Source: Eledone cirrhosa (taxonomy: Eukaryota). From it: 64,000 nt of DNA. The DNA lies in contig OZ024763.1 of the NCBI GenBank assembly GCA_964016885.1, forward strand, positions 13,888,001 to 13,952,000, in the 5' to 3' direction. The notes under the pieces are model-generated. The model did no database searches. It was not told the DNA's origin and was given only the letters and a program-made list of their open reading frames with translations. The translations under genes were made by a program, and so were the position numbers. Numbering within the stretch: the stretch's first letter is position 1; the number at the start of each line of letters is the position of its first letter. This document shows positions 50,977 through 64,000 of this stretch, piece by piece.

Positions 50977-51631
50977 TATACACACACTCCATGAACAAGG
51001 ATAGCTGCATATTTACACTTCCCCCAATCATTTTGTCTTGAAAATAAACATGTCTTAAAATCTATGTGTTCCATTTCAATTAATTTCTTATTTCGTGTTT
51101 CAGTACATTTGTTCTTAAAACTAAGGGGGTCTTACATCCCAAAAAATATTGTAAGATGTCTCCATAGATTGACATTCTCAATTTAATTCTTTCTCTTGTG
51201 TATTGTTCTCTAATGGATAACATATGTATGTTGTTCATTAGAGGTAGAAGTAACACGACCTTCCCTCATCGCTGCACAGATCTAACTGGCAGTGTGTTTA
51301 GCATGAGTGCTGGTAAGTATTCGACAACTGTGAACATCAGCTGTGAAGTCAGAACAAACTGCCTTTATATAGGGTGTTAATTGGAAAGACTAAACAGTGA
51401 GATAAAGTGACGAGGTTCAATTTCTACCAAGAATTACACAAGGTTATTTTAAACCAGAAATTATTATGTTGTTGCTGTAAATGTGTAGTCAGGGTTTCAA
51501 TCCTTAGCAGGGTTTGTAGAGTTACATTTATGTAATTATTAACAAATAAAAACAGATTTATATAGCGATGTTGTACGTTCAAATAAAACACACACACATA
51601 TATATATAAATAAATATTTATATGTTATATT

Positions 51632-51819
51632 ATTTCTAATTTTGGCACAAGGCCAGCAATTATCCCAGTGTATTACTGGTACTTTATTTTATTGACCCTG
51701 TAAAGATGAAAGGCAAAGTTAACCTCGGCGGGATTTGAACTCAGAATGGCAAGGGCCGTAACTCTATGCTGGGAAGCATAGCGTTTGAACCTCTACCGAT
51801 TCTGCTAATACACCGCCCC
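51632..51819 (-). mobile_element. tRNA-derived SINE (copy 2 of 14,903-15,090)
   Basis: Duplicate. Confidence 0.9.
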
Positions 51820-52323
51820 TGCCAAGACACCGCCCTATGTAGTGTTAATAAGACGGAACCAGCATGAATGTAACCACATCTATTTAGCTTGCTAATAGAA
51901 AGTAGTTTCATATATATTAAATTTCAATTAGTTCTGTAGCTGTTATTGTTACGGTGGCCTAGTGGGGGTTATTAGAGACGGTGGAGGACCTGGTTTGGTT
52001 TTCAATGAAGACATACATTAAGGGGGTCTTACTTTTCCATTTTATAAGAGAAAAAAATGTAAGATTTAGTGAGATTATATCCTGATTCAGATCGAACTCA
52101 CGACCAGGAACGGATTCACCTCTAATACATACCACTGGGTCACCAAAACGGATGTAAAACCTCACTGAAAATGAATATATATCAAGCTACTTTCAATATG
52201 GAACCAATATTGTTGCAGATGTTCGGTTTTCTCTTAGCTTTCATAAATTGAATGTTGAATTAGCTTCTCATCGATATAGGGAAGATTGGAACATTCAATA
52301 ATTCCGTATATATATATATACAT

Positions 52324-52360
<37 letters not shown>

Positions 52361-52836
52361 AAACAAAGAAATAAGTCACCAAGTTCAACAGTTTATAAAT
52401 TATTTATTTCATCAACACTTGTTTCATTGCTATTACATGTTACACATCTTTAGAAAGACATCGTCAGGAACAATTCTAAACATAACATTGGAAGTCTGCA
52501 ATATAAAATAAATCAATTTTGAGGTTGAATATATATTTCAATGCCATATTGTTGTTTTATCAACTGATAGAATTTTCAACACGTAATATATATATATATA
52601 TATATACGTAAGCATGTATGTTTATATATATATATATATGTATGTGTTTATATATATGTGTGTATATATATATACATGTGCGTGTATATGGCAATAGGGA
52701 GCAAGAGTAACACACTATTGAACTCCCGAACTAGGGTGCCACAGTATGGCACTTTAAAGCTTCAGTGCTGCACTATGGTATTTAGTAGATTTAACTAAAC
52801 TTAGTACTGACTTAGTACTGAGTTAGTAGAGTTAAA

Positions 52837-53004
52837 AGCGAATACAAGCAGCCAAAATGGGGTTCCTCGAAAGGGTCTTTGGAGTAACGTTACTTGATAA
52901 AGTGTGTAGCTCAGAGAGTCACTCCTGGCAGAGCTGCTACTTCTCCCAACTGAGAGATCACAGCTCTGATACTATGGACATGTGGTTAGAATGTCTCAGG
53001 AAAG
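52837..53004 (+). mobile_element. RTE LINE fragment (copy 2 of 16,108-16,275)
   Basis: Duplicate. Confidence 0.75.
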
Positions 53005-53285
53005 AATATGTATATATATATATATGTATATATTTATGTATGTATGTATATATATATGTCGACATATATATGTATATATATCTATGTATATATGTCTACA
53101 TATACATACATATACATAGATATATATATATACATAGATATAGATATATACATAGATATAGATATATATATATATAGATATATATATATATATATCGATA
53201 TATATATATATATATCGATATATATATATAGATATATATATATATCGATATATATATATAGATATATATATATATCGATATATAT

Positions 53286-53317
<32 letters not shown>

Positions 53318-56300
53318 TGATATATATATATATATATTATATTATATATATATATATAGATATAGATATATAGATATATAAATAGATATATATATAGATA
53401 TATATATAGATATATATATAGATATATATATATAGATAGATATATAGATATATATATAGATATATATATATATAGATATATATATATATATATATACATA
53501 GATATATATATATAGATAGATATATAGATATATATATAGATATATATATATATAGATATATATATATATATATATACATAGATATATATATATATATATA
53601 TATATACATAGATATATATATATATATATATATATACATAGATATATATATATATGCATAGATATATGTATGTATGTATATATATATAGACATATGACCG
53701 TGAAATATGTGTGAGGTAAAGTAAATCTAGACTTTATTTCTCATTGCTCTAGGCTTGATTTGAACCTACAACAACTCCGTCTGCAATAATGTCATACCTC
53801 ATTCCAGCGTAAATTGTTAAACGTGGTTCCTATATATATACATGCAAGTAAGATTTGAACCTACAATGCTGTGCTTAATTCCTATTAATAAATGTGTTTT
53901 ATAAAAGAAAGTAAAGAAACAATTTAATGAAAGTAAAATATTTATTTTATTCAGGAATTTATTTTTTTATTTTATGTATTCACTTCATTAACTGCTGAAT
54001 AGTTCTGTTTTTGTTTGTTCTTACCATTGTTTACTGTAAACGGTGAGTGTGACGAGACTGGATTATTACAAAGTTTTACTGGATGATGGCATTTTCTTAT
54101 TGTATTATTTTGTTGTCAGTGGACATCTCTCTAAATACCTGGAATAAACATATGGTGTGTCTTTTACGTAACATTTCATTTAATATCTGATGTTCCAATG
54201 GATTACTTTTAAAATAAAACCAATAAACAGGACAGGTAGACTCCAACAAAAGAGACCAGAGATGAGGTACGAATAATTTAAAATTAATTTTAAAAAGAAG
54301 ACTGTGTTTAAAGAAAGACAAACAATCACATCCATAATTTAATATCTGAAGATCAACATTTTTCACGATATAAATATGTAAAGTTAAGTGACCTCTCATT
54401 TAGTTGCTCCAACTTTATTTTACTAATCTATTCTGTAGACTTATATTTTCGTTGGTGTACATTACGATTTCGTTGATGAAATTTTCTTTCGTCTTTAGAT
54501 CTCTATTTTACTTCTGGAATACTGTATTAACAATTATATCACTCGTCTTTAGATCTTTATTTCTTATAAAAGTTATAATACTCACCTCTTCCCATATATA
54601 TATATATTTGTAAAAAGGAAAAGAATGACTTGACTTGTAGTTCTAAACAATTTGATTTAGAAGTACAAATGAAGTCATTCTTTTCCTTTTTTCAAATATA
54701 CCTGACTGTACCAAGGATTTCACACACACACACACATACTTCTACCTGGAGTTTCGACCGATAGATAGTATTAGCAATTAGAAAGACCATTTTCATTTAT
54801 ATATACCCATATATTCATATTTACTCACTTCTATGTAAATATACATACATATATATTAAAAGCACATACCATATACCATCATAATAACGATTGACTAATC
54901 ATCAGGACACATGCTTGCTCATGTAAAAATTCTCAGAGACACTTACGAAAACCGAATTTGCAACGCCAGGTACACTTACATACATACATATATGTACGTA
55001 CATCACATATAGAACAGGTATGACTTATATAGGTACATCAAAGTTTAGGTTTCGCTATTGTACCATTCGAGGTAGTTAGAAACAAGTACCAGTGTATTAC
55101 TAGGGTCGATTCTTCTATATCTTTCTCTCACTCTCTGTAAGAGATCTGGGGGTGGAGATGGGATCTGTCAACTTTTACAAAGTACCCTAGACACCCTGAA
55201 TGTCAATGTGGGCCCTCTAGAACTCCCTCACAAGTTATAGGTCGCTACATACATATATAGCAACATCAGACAGATTCTTTAGATCTCTTTTACTCGATGA
55301 TGCAAGACAAGTTTTCAGTGAGTCAGAAAGGAATATTTGTGATATGAAGGGAGAACCTCTCTGAATAAATATTAGATAGTTAAGATGCTACGTAAAGCAG
55401 GCGGTGACAACATCGAGGACCAGATGTGCCATGTGGAAATAGACATCGACATATAAATATACAAAGATGGGGGGGGGGGGACCTTATTATCATAGACAAT
55501 TGGGCTTATGAACACACACACACACACACATATTTATATACATACATATGTGTGTGTGGCTTCTGCAGGACTAGAACGGTTTCATTCGAAAGAAATCAAG
55601 GGCTTTCCTGATGGGTTTTTTCCCGAATGAAACAGTTCTAGTCCCGTAGAAGACATTTCTATATGAAATATTTATACTCTGATATATATATTGAGTACCT
55701 TACTTACTGTGGCGTTCATGCCTTTCTTAGTGTTGCTGTTATTAGAAAGGGTCGACTTTGTCTTTCATAATTCAGGCTCTTTCATGAAGTAAATATTCAT
55801 TTTATTTCTTAACGCCCTAGTGTTGATTTGAACCTACAATTACTTCGTCTGCAATAATGTTCACTAATTTCAAATCTGCCATACCTAAATCCTGTGTGCG
55901 ACTTACAAATAAATTGCTAAACGTCACTTTTATCAATGTAAGATTGGAACCTACAGTGATGTGCTTTGCAGTAATGTCCCGTAACTCCAACTCGATTGAG
56001 CTAAGCTTGTATATTTCTTTCGTCCGAATAACATAATGGTTTCGATCCCAGTTCGCTACTGGTACAAGAAATAATTTAAAGAAATTCTATATCCCCAGCT
56101 AAATATTGAACTCCTAACGACATTTTATGTTACTTAATACCAATAACCCTGTTACACACTGAACATCTAAGCCCTGAACACACATTTATAACTCAATTTC
56201 TAATTTTTAAATGATATTACACCACCTTTGTGTTCTCGGTGGATATTAATTTACAATTTTATAGCAGAAAAATAGAGTACCAGTCATTTTTATAGGTTCA

Positions 56301-57466
56301 ATTTAATCGATCGGCTTCTCCCCGTCAATCACTTGACAAACAAAGACACACAAACAGTATATATATATATATGATACGACAAATTTGAAATAAATTATTG
56401 AATGTAAGAAATTATAATTATTTAGTAATAATATTGTTATTGTTTGTTTTCACTGCATTAACTGCTGAGTGTGACTTTTATTTTTCTTACTATTTTCTAC
56501 CGTAAATTGCGGCTGAGACGTTATTGGAGTATTACTAAAGTTTACTGGATGATGGCGTTTCCTTATTGCATTATTTTACAAACAGTGGACATCGGAATAT
56601 CCCTCTATATACCTGGGATAAATGTAAGGAGCATTGTTATGTTATACATAGAAATATAAGAAGAGATGACCATTGTACTATCATGTCACTCGTTAGAATT
56701 ACAACTTTGGAGGAGATTAATCAAAGTGTTTATCCTTGGTATAGTGAACTAATGTTGATATTTTCAAGTCTTGACATTTATATGGAATAGTGTACTAATA
56801 TTTAAATAGTCTTTATATTTTTATCCTAAGATTTTAGATTTTTCAGCATTTAGTTAAGAAAAAGAACGTTTTATTATTTCCATCATCCGTCTCGCCATCT
56901 TCCAATTCTTACATATTCACAATTCTTCTGAGAGAAACACGAGAGAGTGAGGAGAAATGAGACAGAGATGGGGGAGAGACGGGAAGGAGAGAAGAGAGAA
57001 ACAAGAGAGAGAGAGAGGGAGGAGGAAGGAGAGATGAGAGAAACAAGAGGGTAAGAAGGGAGAGAGGGCAGAGAGGAGAGAGAGGGCAGGGGGGAGGGAG
57101 AGAGAGAGGAAGGAGAGAGGATAGAGGGATAGAAACAAGAGAGGGAGGAGAGTGAGAGGAGTGAGAGAAAGGAGAGAGGGGAGGGAGAGAGGGGAGGGAG
57201 AAAGGAGAGAGGGGAGGGAGAAAGGAGAGAGGGGAGGGAGAAAGGAGAGAGGGGGGGGGAGAAAGGAGAGAGAGGAGGGAGAGAGGGGATGGAGAAAGGA
57301 GAGGGAGAAAGGAGAGAGAAAGGAGGGAAGAGGAGAGAAACGAGAGAGGCTAGGATGGAGAGAGAGATGGAGAGAAAGGGAGAGAGAGATGGAGAGAGGA
57401 AGGAAGGGAGAGAGAGAGATAGAAAGGGAGAGAGAGAGAATGGAGAGAGAGAGGGGTAGGGGATTG

Positions 57467-57497
<31 letters not shown>

Positions 57498-58324
57498 CCG
57501 TGGTGTAGTGCAGTCTTGTACGGTGTGCCTGTCTGCCTGTCTTGGCCCTAAAATATATCCTATATATATTCTCTTCTAGTTTGCCAACATATTCCAAGCA
57601 GGGTCACGTGGTGGTAACTCGTCTAACTTGCCTTCCAGCAGGTCCTGCCTGAAACATTATATATTATATATATTATATATATTATTTAAATATATATTGT
57701 ATATTATAATAAATATTATATACACAATATACATTATATATATTCTATTATAATGTAATATATGGTATGTATATTATATAGAATATATTATATATACTGG
57801 CAAATATGAAAGTCTCTAAGAGGTGACAGTTGAGAGAAGGAAACCGCCAGAAACTGGTCTCTGGTGGCACGTGGTAATGTTTCTATAGCAACAGTGGTTC
57901 TCTTGGACTTACCAAAGTAAGTGGAGAGGGGAAGGTAATATTTCTGTAACCTCAACCACTTCTCTCTCTCTCTCTCTCTCTCTATAGAAATACAACGGGG
58001 AAGGGGAGGGTGATTTTTCTATGACACAATTACTCTCTCTCTCTCCCCCTCTCCCTCACTGAAGATATAGAAGTGGAAAGGGGAATGTAATGTTACTACA
58101 ACGTCTGTGACACTAGGTGGCGATTCGACCGCAAGTTCTGCCAGTTTTAGCTTCTTACTTAGCTGAGCACCAGCCAGTTAGTTGAACCACGTAACAGAGC
58201 ACACATACATTTCTCTCTCTCAGTGTGTGCGTGTGCGACAAGGAACCATATGGAACAGAACGCACCAGAGTACTCAATACTAGTAGAGTAGGTAATAGGA
58301 AAAAAGTATATATATATGACGGCG

Positions 58325-58865
58325 AGGTGAGGAGAGTGATGGATGGATGGATGGATGGAGAGAGAGAGAGAGGAATAGAGAGAGAGAGATGGATGCATGG
58401 AGAGGGAGAGGGATGGATGGAGAGGAAGAGAGAGATGGATGCATGGAGAGGGAGAGGGATGGATGGAGAGGAAGAGAGAGAGGGATGGATGGAGAGAGAG
58501 GGGGATGGATGGAGAGGAAGAGAGAGGGATATATAGAGAGAGGCATGGAAGGAGAGAGAGGGAGAGAGAGAGGGATGGATGGAGAGTGAGAGGGATGGAG
58601 AGAGAGAGGGATGGAAGGAGAGAGGGAGGGATGGAGAGAGGGATGGAAGGAGAGAGGGATGGAGAGAGGGATGGATGGAGAGAGAGGGGTGGAAGGAGGG
58701 AGAGGGATAGATGGAGAGAGGGATGGATAGAGAAAGAGAGATGTATAGAGAGAGGGATGGATGGAGAGAGGAATTGAAGGAGAGAGAGGGGCATGGAAGG
58801 AGAGAGAGAGGGATAGAGAGAGAAGGATGGATGGAGAGAGAGAGCCGGATGGATAGAGAGAGGGA

Positions 58866-58903
<38 letters not shown>

Positions 58904-61900
58904 ATGGATGGAGAGAGAGAGGGATATATAGAGAGAGAGACATGAGGAGTGGGATGGATAGAGAGAGAAGGAGAGGGATGGAAGGAGAGAGAGAGGGGGA
59001 TGGAAGGAGAGAGAGAGGGGGGATGGATAGAGAGAGAGAGGGAGAGGGATGGAGAGAGAGAGAGGGATGGAGAGAGGGAGAGAGAGGGGGAGGGAGGGAT
59101 AGAAGGAGAGAGAGAGTGAGGGATGGAGAGAGGGGGGGATGGAGAGAGAGAGGGGGTAGGAGAGAGAGGGGGATGGAAGGAGAGAGAAAGAGAGAGAGGG
59201 ATGGAGAGAGAGGGGGTAGGGGTGGATGGATAGAGAGAGAGGGATGGATGTAGAGAGAGAGAGAGGGATGGATAGAGAGAGGGAGATGGAAGGAGAGAGG
59301 GAGATGGAAGGAGAGAGGGAGATGGAAGGAGAGAGGGAGATGGAAGGAGAGAGAGGGATGTATATATATATAGAGAGAGAGATGTATAGAGAGAGAGAGA
59401 GAGATGTATAGAGAGAGAGAGAGAGATCGAGAGAGAGAGAGAGAGATGTATAGAGAGAGAGGGGGACGGAAGGTGAGAGAGAGAGAGAGGGGGATGGAAG
59501 GTGAGAGAGAGGGATGGAAGGTGAGAGAGAGGGATGGAAGGTGAGAGAGAGGGATGGAAGGAGAGAGGGAGGAAAGGGATGGAAGGAGAGAGAGGGAGGA
59601 AAGGGATGGAAGGAGAGAGAGGGAGGAAAGGGATGGAAGGAGAGAGAGGGAGGAAAGGGATGGAAGGAGAGAGAGAGAGGGGGATGGATGGAGAGGGTGG
59701 GAGTAGGGATGGATGGATAGAGAGAGGAATGGAAGGAGAGAAAGAGAGAGGGGGATGGATGGATAGGGGGATGGATGGATGGAGAGAGGAATGGAAGGAG
59801 AGAGAGAGGGGAATGGAAGGAGAGAGAGAGGGGAATGGAAGGAGAGAGAGAGGGGGATGGATGAAGAGAGAGAGAGGGATGGATGGAGAGAGATATATAT
59901 AGAGAGTGAGAGGGATGGAAGGAGAGTGAGAGGGATGGAAGGAGAGAGATATATATAGAGAGTGAGAGGGATGGAAGGAGAGTGAGAGGGATGGAAGGAG
60001 AGAGTGAGGGATGGCAGGAGAGAGTGAGAGAGAGGGATGGATGGAGAGAGGGAGTAGGGATGGATGGATAGAGAGAGGGAGTAGGGATGGATGGATAGAG
60101 AGAGGAATGGAAGGAGAGAGATATATATAGAGAGTGAGAGGCAGGGATGGATGTAGAGATGGAAGGATGTAGAGATGGAAGGAGAGAGAGAGGGATGGAA
60201 GGAGAGGGATGGAAGGAGAGAGAGAGGGATGGAAGTAGAGGGATGGAAGGAGAGAGAGAGGGATGGAAGGAGAGGGATGGAAGGAGAGGGAGGGAGGGAG
60301 GGATGGAGAGAGAGAGAGAGATGGAGAGAGAGGGGGATGGAAGGTGAGAGAGAGATGGAGAGAGAGGGGGGTGGAAGGTGAGAGAGAGAGAGGGATGGAA
60401 GGTGAGAGAGTAGGGATGGATGGATAGAGAGGAATGGAAGGAGAGAGGGGGATGGAAGGAGAGAGGGGGATGGATGGAGAGAGGGAAGGATGGATAGAGA
60501 GAGGAAGAGGGATGGAGAGAGAGGGGGTAGGAGAGAGAGAGAGAGGGATGGAGAGAGAGGCGGTAGGGATGGATGGATAGAGAGAGGAATGGAAGGAGAG
60601 AGAGAGGGGGATGGATGGAGAGAGAGGGATGGAAGGAGAGAGAGAGAGAGAGAGATGGATGGATAGAGAGAGGAATGGAAGGAGAGAGAGAGAGAGAGAT
60701 GGATGGATAGAGAGAGGAATGGAAGGATGGATGGAGAGAGAGGGAGTAGGGATGGATGGATAGAGAGAGGAATGGAAGGAGAGAGAGAGAGGGATGGAAG
60801 GAGAGAGAGAGAGAGAGGGGGATGGATAGAGAGAGAGAGGGAGAGGGATGGAGAGAGAGGGAGGGATGGAGAGAGAGGGATGGAAGGAGAGAGAGAGGGA
60901 GGGAGGGATGGAAGGAGAGAGAGAGAGAGGGATGGAGAGAGGGGGTAGGGGTGGATGGATAGAGAGAGAGGGATGGATGTAGAGAGAGAGAGAGGGATGG
61001 ATAGAGAGGGAGATGGAAGGAGAGAGGGAGATGGAAGGAGAGAGGGATGGATGGAGAGAGAGGGATGTATATATATAGAGAGAGAGATCTATAGAGAGAG
61101 AGAGGGATGTATAGAGAGAGAGCGGGACGGAAGGTGAGAGAGCGGGACGGAAGGTGAGAGAGAGGGATGGAAGGAGAGAGAGAGAGGGATGGAAGGAGAG
61201 AGAGAGGGATGGAAGGAGAGAGAGGGAGGAAAGGGATGGAAGGAGAGAGAGAGGGGGATGGATGGAGAGGGTGGGAGTAGGGATGGATGGATAGAGAGAG
61301 GAATGGAAGGAGAGAAAGAGAGAGGGGGATGGATGGAGAGAGGGAGTAGGGATGGATGGATAGAGAGAGGAATGGAAGGAGAGAAAGAGAGAGGGGGATG
61401 GATAGAGAGAGAGAGGGATGGAAGGATAGAGAGAGAGAGAGGGATGGAAGGAGAGAGAGAGAGAGGGATGGAAGGAGAGAGAGAGGGGGATGGAAGGAGA
61501 GAGAGAGAGAGGGTGATGGATGGAGAGAGGGATGTATAGAGAGAGAGAGAGAGGGATGGAAGGTGAGAGAGAGAGAGGGGGGGAGGGATGGAAGGAGAGA
61601 GGGAAGGATGGATAGAGAGAGGAAGAGGGATGGAGAGAGGGAGGGATGGAGAGAGAGGGGGGTAGGAGAGAGAGAGGGATGGAGAGAGAGGGGGTAGGGA
61701 TGGATGGATAGAGAGAGGAATGGAAGGAGAGAGAGAGAGAGAGGGGGGGATGGATGGAGAGAGAGGAATGGATGGAGAGAGAGAGAGGAATGGATGGAGA
61801 GAGAGAGAGAGGGGGATGGATGGAGAGAGAGAGGAATGGAAGGAGAGAGAGAGATGGATGGATAGAGAGAGGAATGGAAGGAGAGAGAGGGGGATGGATG

Positions 61901-62670
61901 GAGAGAGAGGGAGTAGGGATGGATGGATAGAGAGAGGAATGGAAGGAGAGAGAGAGAGAGGGATGGAAGGAGAGAGAGAGAGAGGGATGGATGGAGAGAG
62001 GGATGTATAGAGAGAGAGAGGGAGGGGGGGGGATGGAAGGAGAGAGGGAAGGATGGATAGAGAGAGGGAGGGATGGAGAGAGGGAGGGATGGAAGGAGAG
62101 GGAGGGAGGGGGAGAGGGAGGGATGGAGGGATGGAGAGAGAGAGAGAGATGGAGAGAGAGGGGGATGGAAGGTGAGAGAGAGAGAGGGGGATGGAAGGTG
62201 AGAGAGAGAGAGGGATGGAAGGTGAGAGAGAGAGAGAGGGGGGAAAGGGATGGAAGGAGAGAGAGTAGGGATGGATGGATAGAGAGGAATGGATGGAGAG
62301 AGAGTAGGGATGGATGGATAGAGAGGAATGGATGGAGAGAGAGGAAGAGGGATGGAGAGAGGGAGGGATGGAGAGAGGGAGGGATGGAGAGAGAGGGGGT
62401 AGGAGAGAGAGAGGGGGATGGAAGGAGAGAGAGAGAGAGAGGGATGGAGAGAGAGGGGGTAGGGATGGATGGATAGAGAGAGGAATGGAAGGAGAGAGAG
62501 AGAGAGGGGGATGGATGGAGAGGGATGGAAGGAGAGAGAGAGAGGGATGGATGGAGAGAGAGAGAGAGGGAGAGGGATGGAGAGAGGGATGTATGTAGAG
62601 AGAGGGATGGATGGAGAGAGAGGGGGTAGGGATGGATGTAGAGTGAGAGGGATGGAGAGAGCTGAGAAAT
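58325..62670 (+). repeat. 4.3 kb polypurine minisatellite (longer paralogous version of 21,550-24,445)
   Basis: Same units and the same unique flanks, ~1.45 kb longer. Confidence 0.97.
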
Positions 62671-63409
62671 AGGAAAACATGTAAGACTTACTTTAAAGTT
62701 TGACAGTACTTTTAGATTTTACAATTATAGGAATGACTCGACATGATAACTACACAAGATAGAAAATATACAGAAACTAATATAATTGTTTCTACTTTTG
62801 GCACAAGTCCAGCAATTACCCAGCGTATTACTGGTAATTTATTTTATCGACCCCGTAATGATGAAAGACAGTTAACCTCGGCCGGATTTGAACTCAGAAT
62901 GGAAAGGGGCGTAATTCTATGCGTCAAAGCATGGCGTCCGACGGTGTAGTGTGGTGATATGTGTGGTGATGTGTATGTCGTGGTGTGTGCACATGGTGTA
63001 TGAGTACACGTGTGGAGTATGTGGTGTGTAACGAGGGTGTGGTGTAATTGTGTGTATGTGTGAGTGTTTAATGTGCTGTGTTAATGAGTGGACTGGAGTA
63101 AAAAGGAGTCACACAATCTTTAAAAGACCCTAAATTAACTTGCCCTAATTACTATATATACTCAAATAAAAAAGGGATCGGCTTATAATTGAGAAATAGG
63201 ACAGAATCCAAACCCCATTTATAAGCCATGGTGGCTAATCAACAGACGACAGTTTTGAAATTCTCATGAGTGGAGAATATATTTATGAAGTTTTAATGTC
63301 ATTTAGAGTATAGTTTTTATTTCACTTCTTTATGTAATGAGTTACCATTTTCTGATTGATTTCAAGGTCATATTCATTAAAATCATCAAACATAATAGCA
63401 AATACAAAT

Positions 63410-64000
63410 TTCACCTCCAAATTGAAACTGGTGTAATATATCCACCACCAAAGTGAAACTGGTGTAATATATCCACCTCCAAAGTGTAAACTGGTGTAAT
63501 ATTCCAAAGTGTAAACTGGTGTAATATTCCAAAGTGTAAACTGGTGTAATATTCCAAAGTGAAACTGGTGAAATATTCACCTCCAAAGTGAAACTTGTGT
63601 AATATATCCACCACCAAAGTGAAACTGGTGTAATATATTCACCTGCAAAGTGAAACTGGTGTAATATATCCACATCCAAAGTGAAACTGGTGTAATATTC
63701 TAAAGTGAAACTGGTGTAATATTCACCTCCAAAGTGTAAACTGGTGTAATATTCCAAAGTGAAACTGGTGTAATATTCACCTCCAAAGTGTAAACTGGTG
63801 TAATATTCCAAAGTGAAACTGGTGTAATATTCCAAAGTGAAACTGGTGTAATATATCCACCACTAAAGTGAAACTGGTGCACTATTCACCTGCAAAGTGA
63901 AACTGGTGTAATATATGCACATCCAAAGTGAAACTGGTGCAATATTCACCTACAAAGTGAAACTGGTGTAATATTCCAAAGTGAAACTGGTGTAATATTC
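63410..64000 (+). repeat. 24-31 bp satellite (copy 2, truncated by the window)
   Basis: Same core as 25,201-28,186, with a slightly different unit order. Confidence 0.97.

Larger units (their letters stand above)
36733..64000 (+). repeat. Copy 2 of the ~36.7 kb tandem duplication (runs off the window end)
   Basis: Colinear with 1..~25,770 and includes all elements listed for copy 1. Confidence 0.97.

Overview
AT-rich, repeat-saturated animal genomic DNA. The SINE families and dense microsatellites suggest a coleoid cephalopod such as Octopus (inference from memory, no search run). I cannot support any intact protein-coding gene; the long ORFs come from microsatellites and satellites. The window is about 1.7 copies of a near-identical ~36.7 kb tandem unit (1..~25,770 recurs at 36,733..64,000). 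That unit is built from older, diverged 3.5-6 kb modules. Each module carries an ~800 bp fold-back element whose arms contain inward-facing tRNA-like (Pol III A/B-box) units, an unexplained AAATGGCGGC-headed block, and an internally deleted CR1-type LINE. Also present: tRNA-derived SINEs, RTE LINE fragments, mariner and piggyBac MITEs, Penelope-like remnants with minimal hammerhead-ribozyme motifs, a 3 kb 24-31 bp satellite, and 0.6-4.3 kb polypurine tracts. Several unique islands carry minus-strand splice signals and may belong to a decayed multi-exon (possibly YWTD/EGF, LRP-like) gene or a lncRNA. All alignments were done by eye, so coordinates are approximate.
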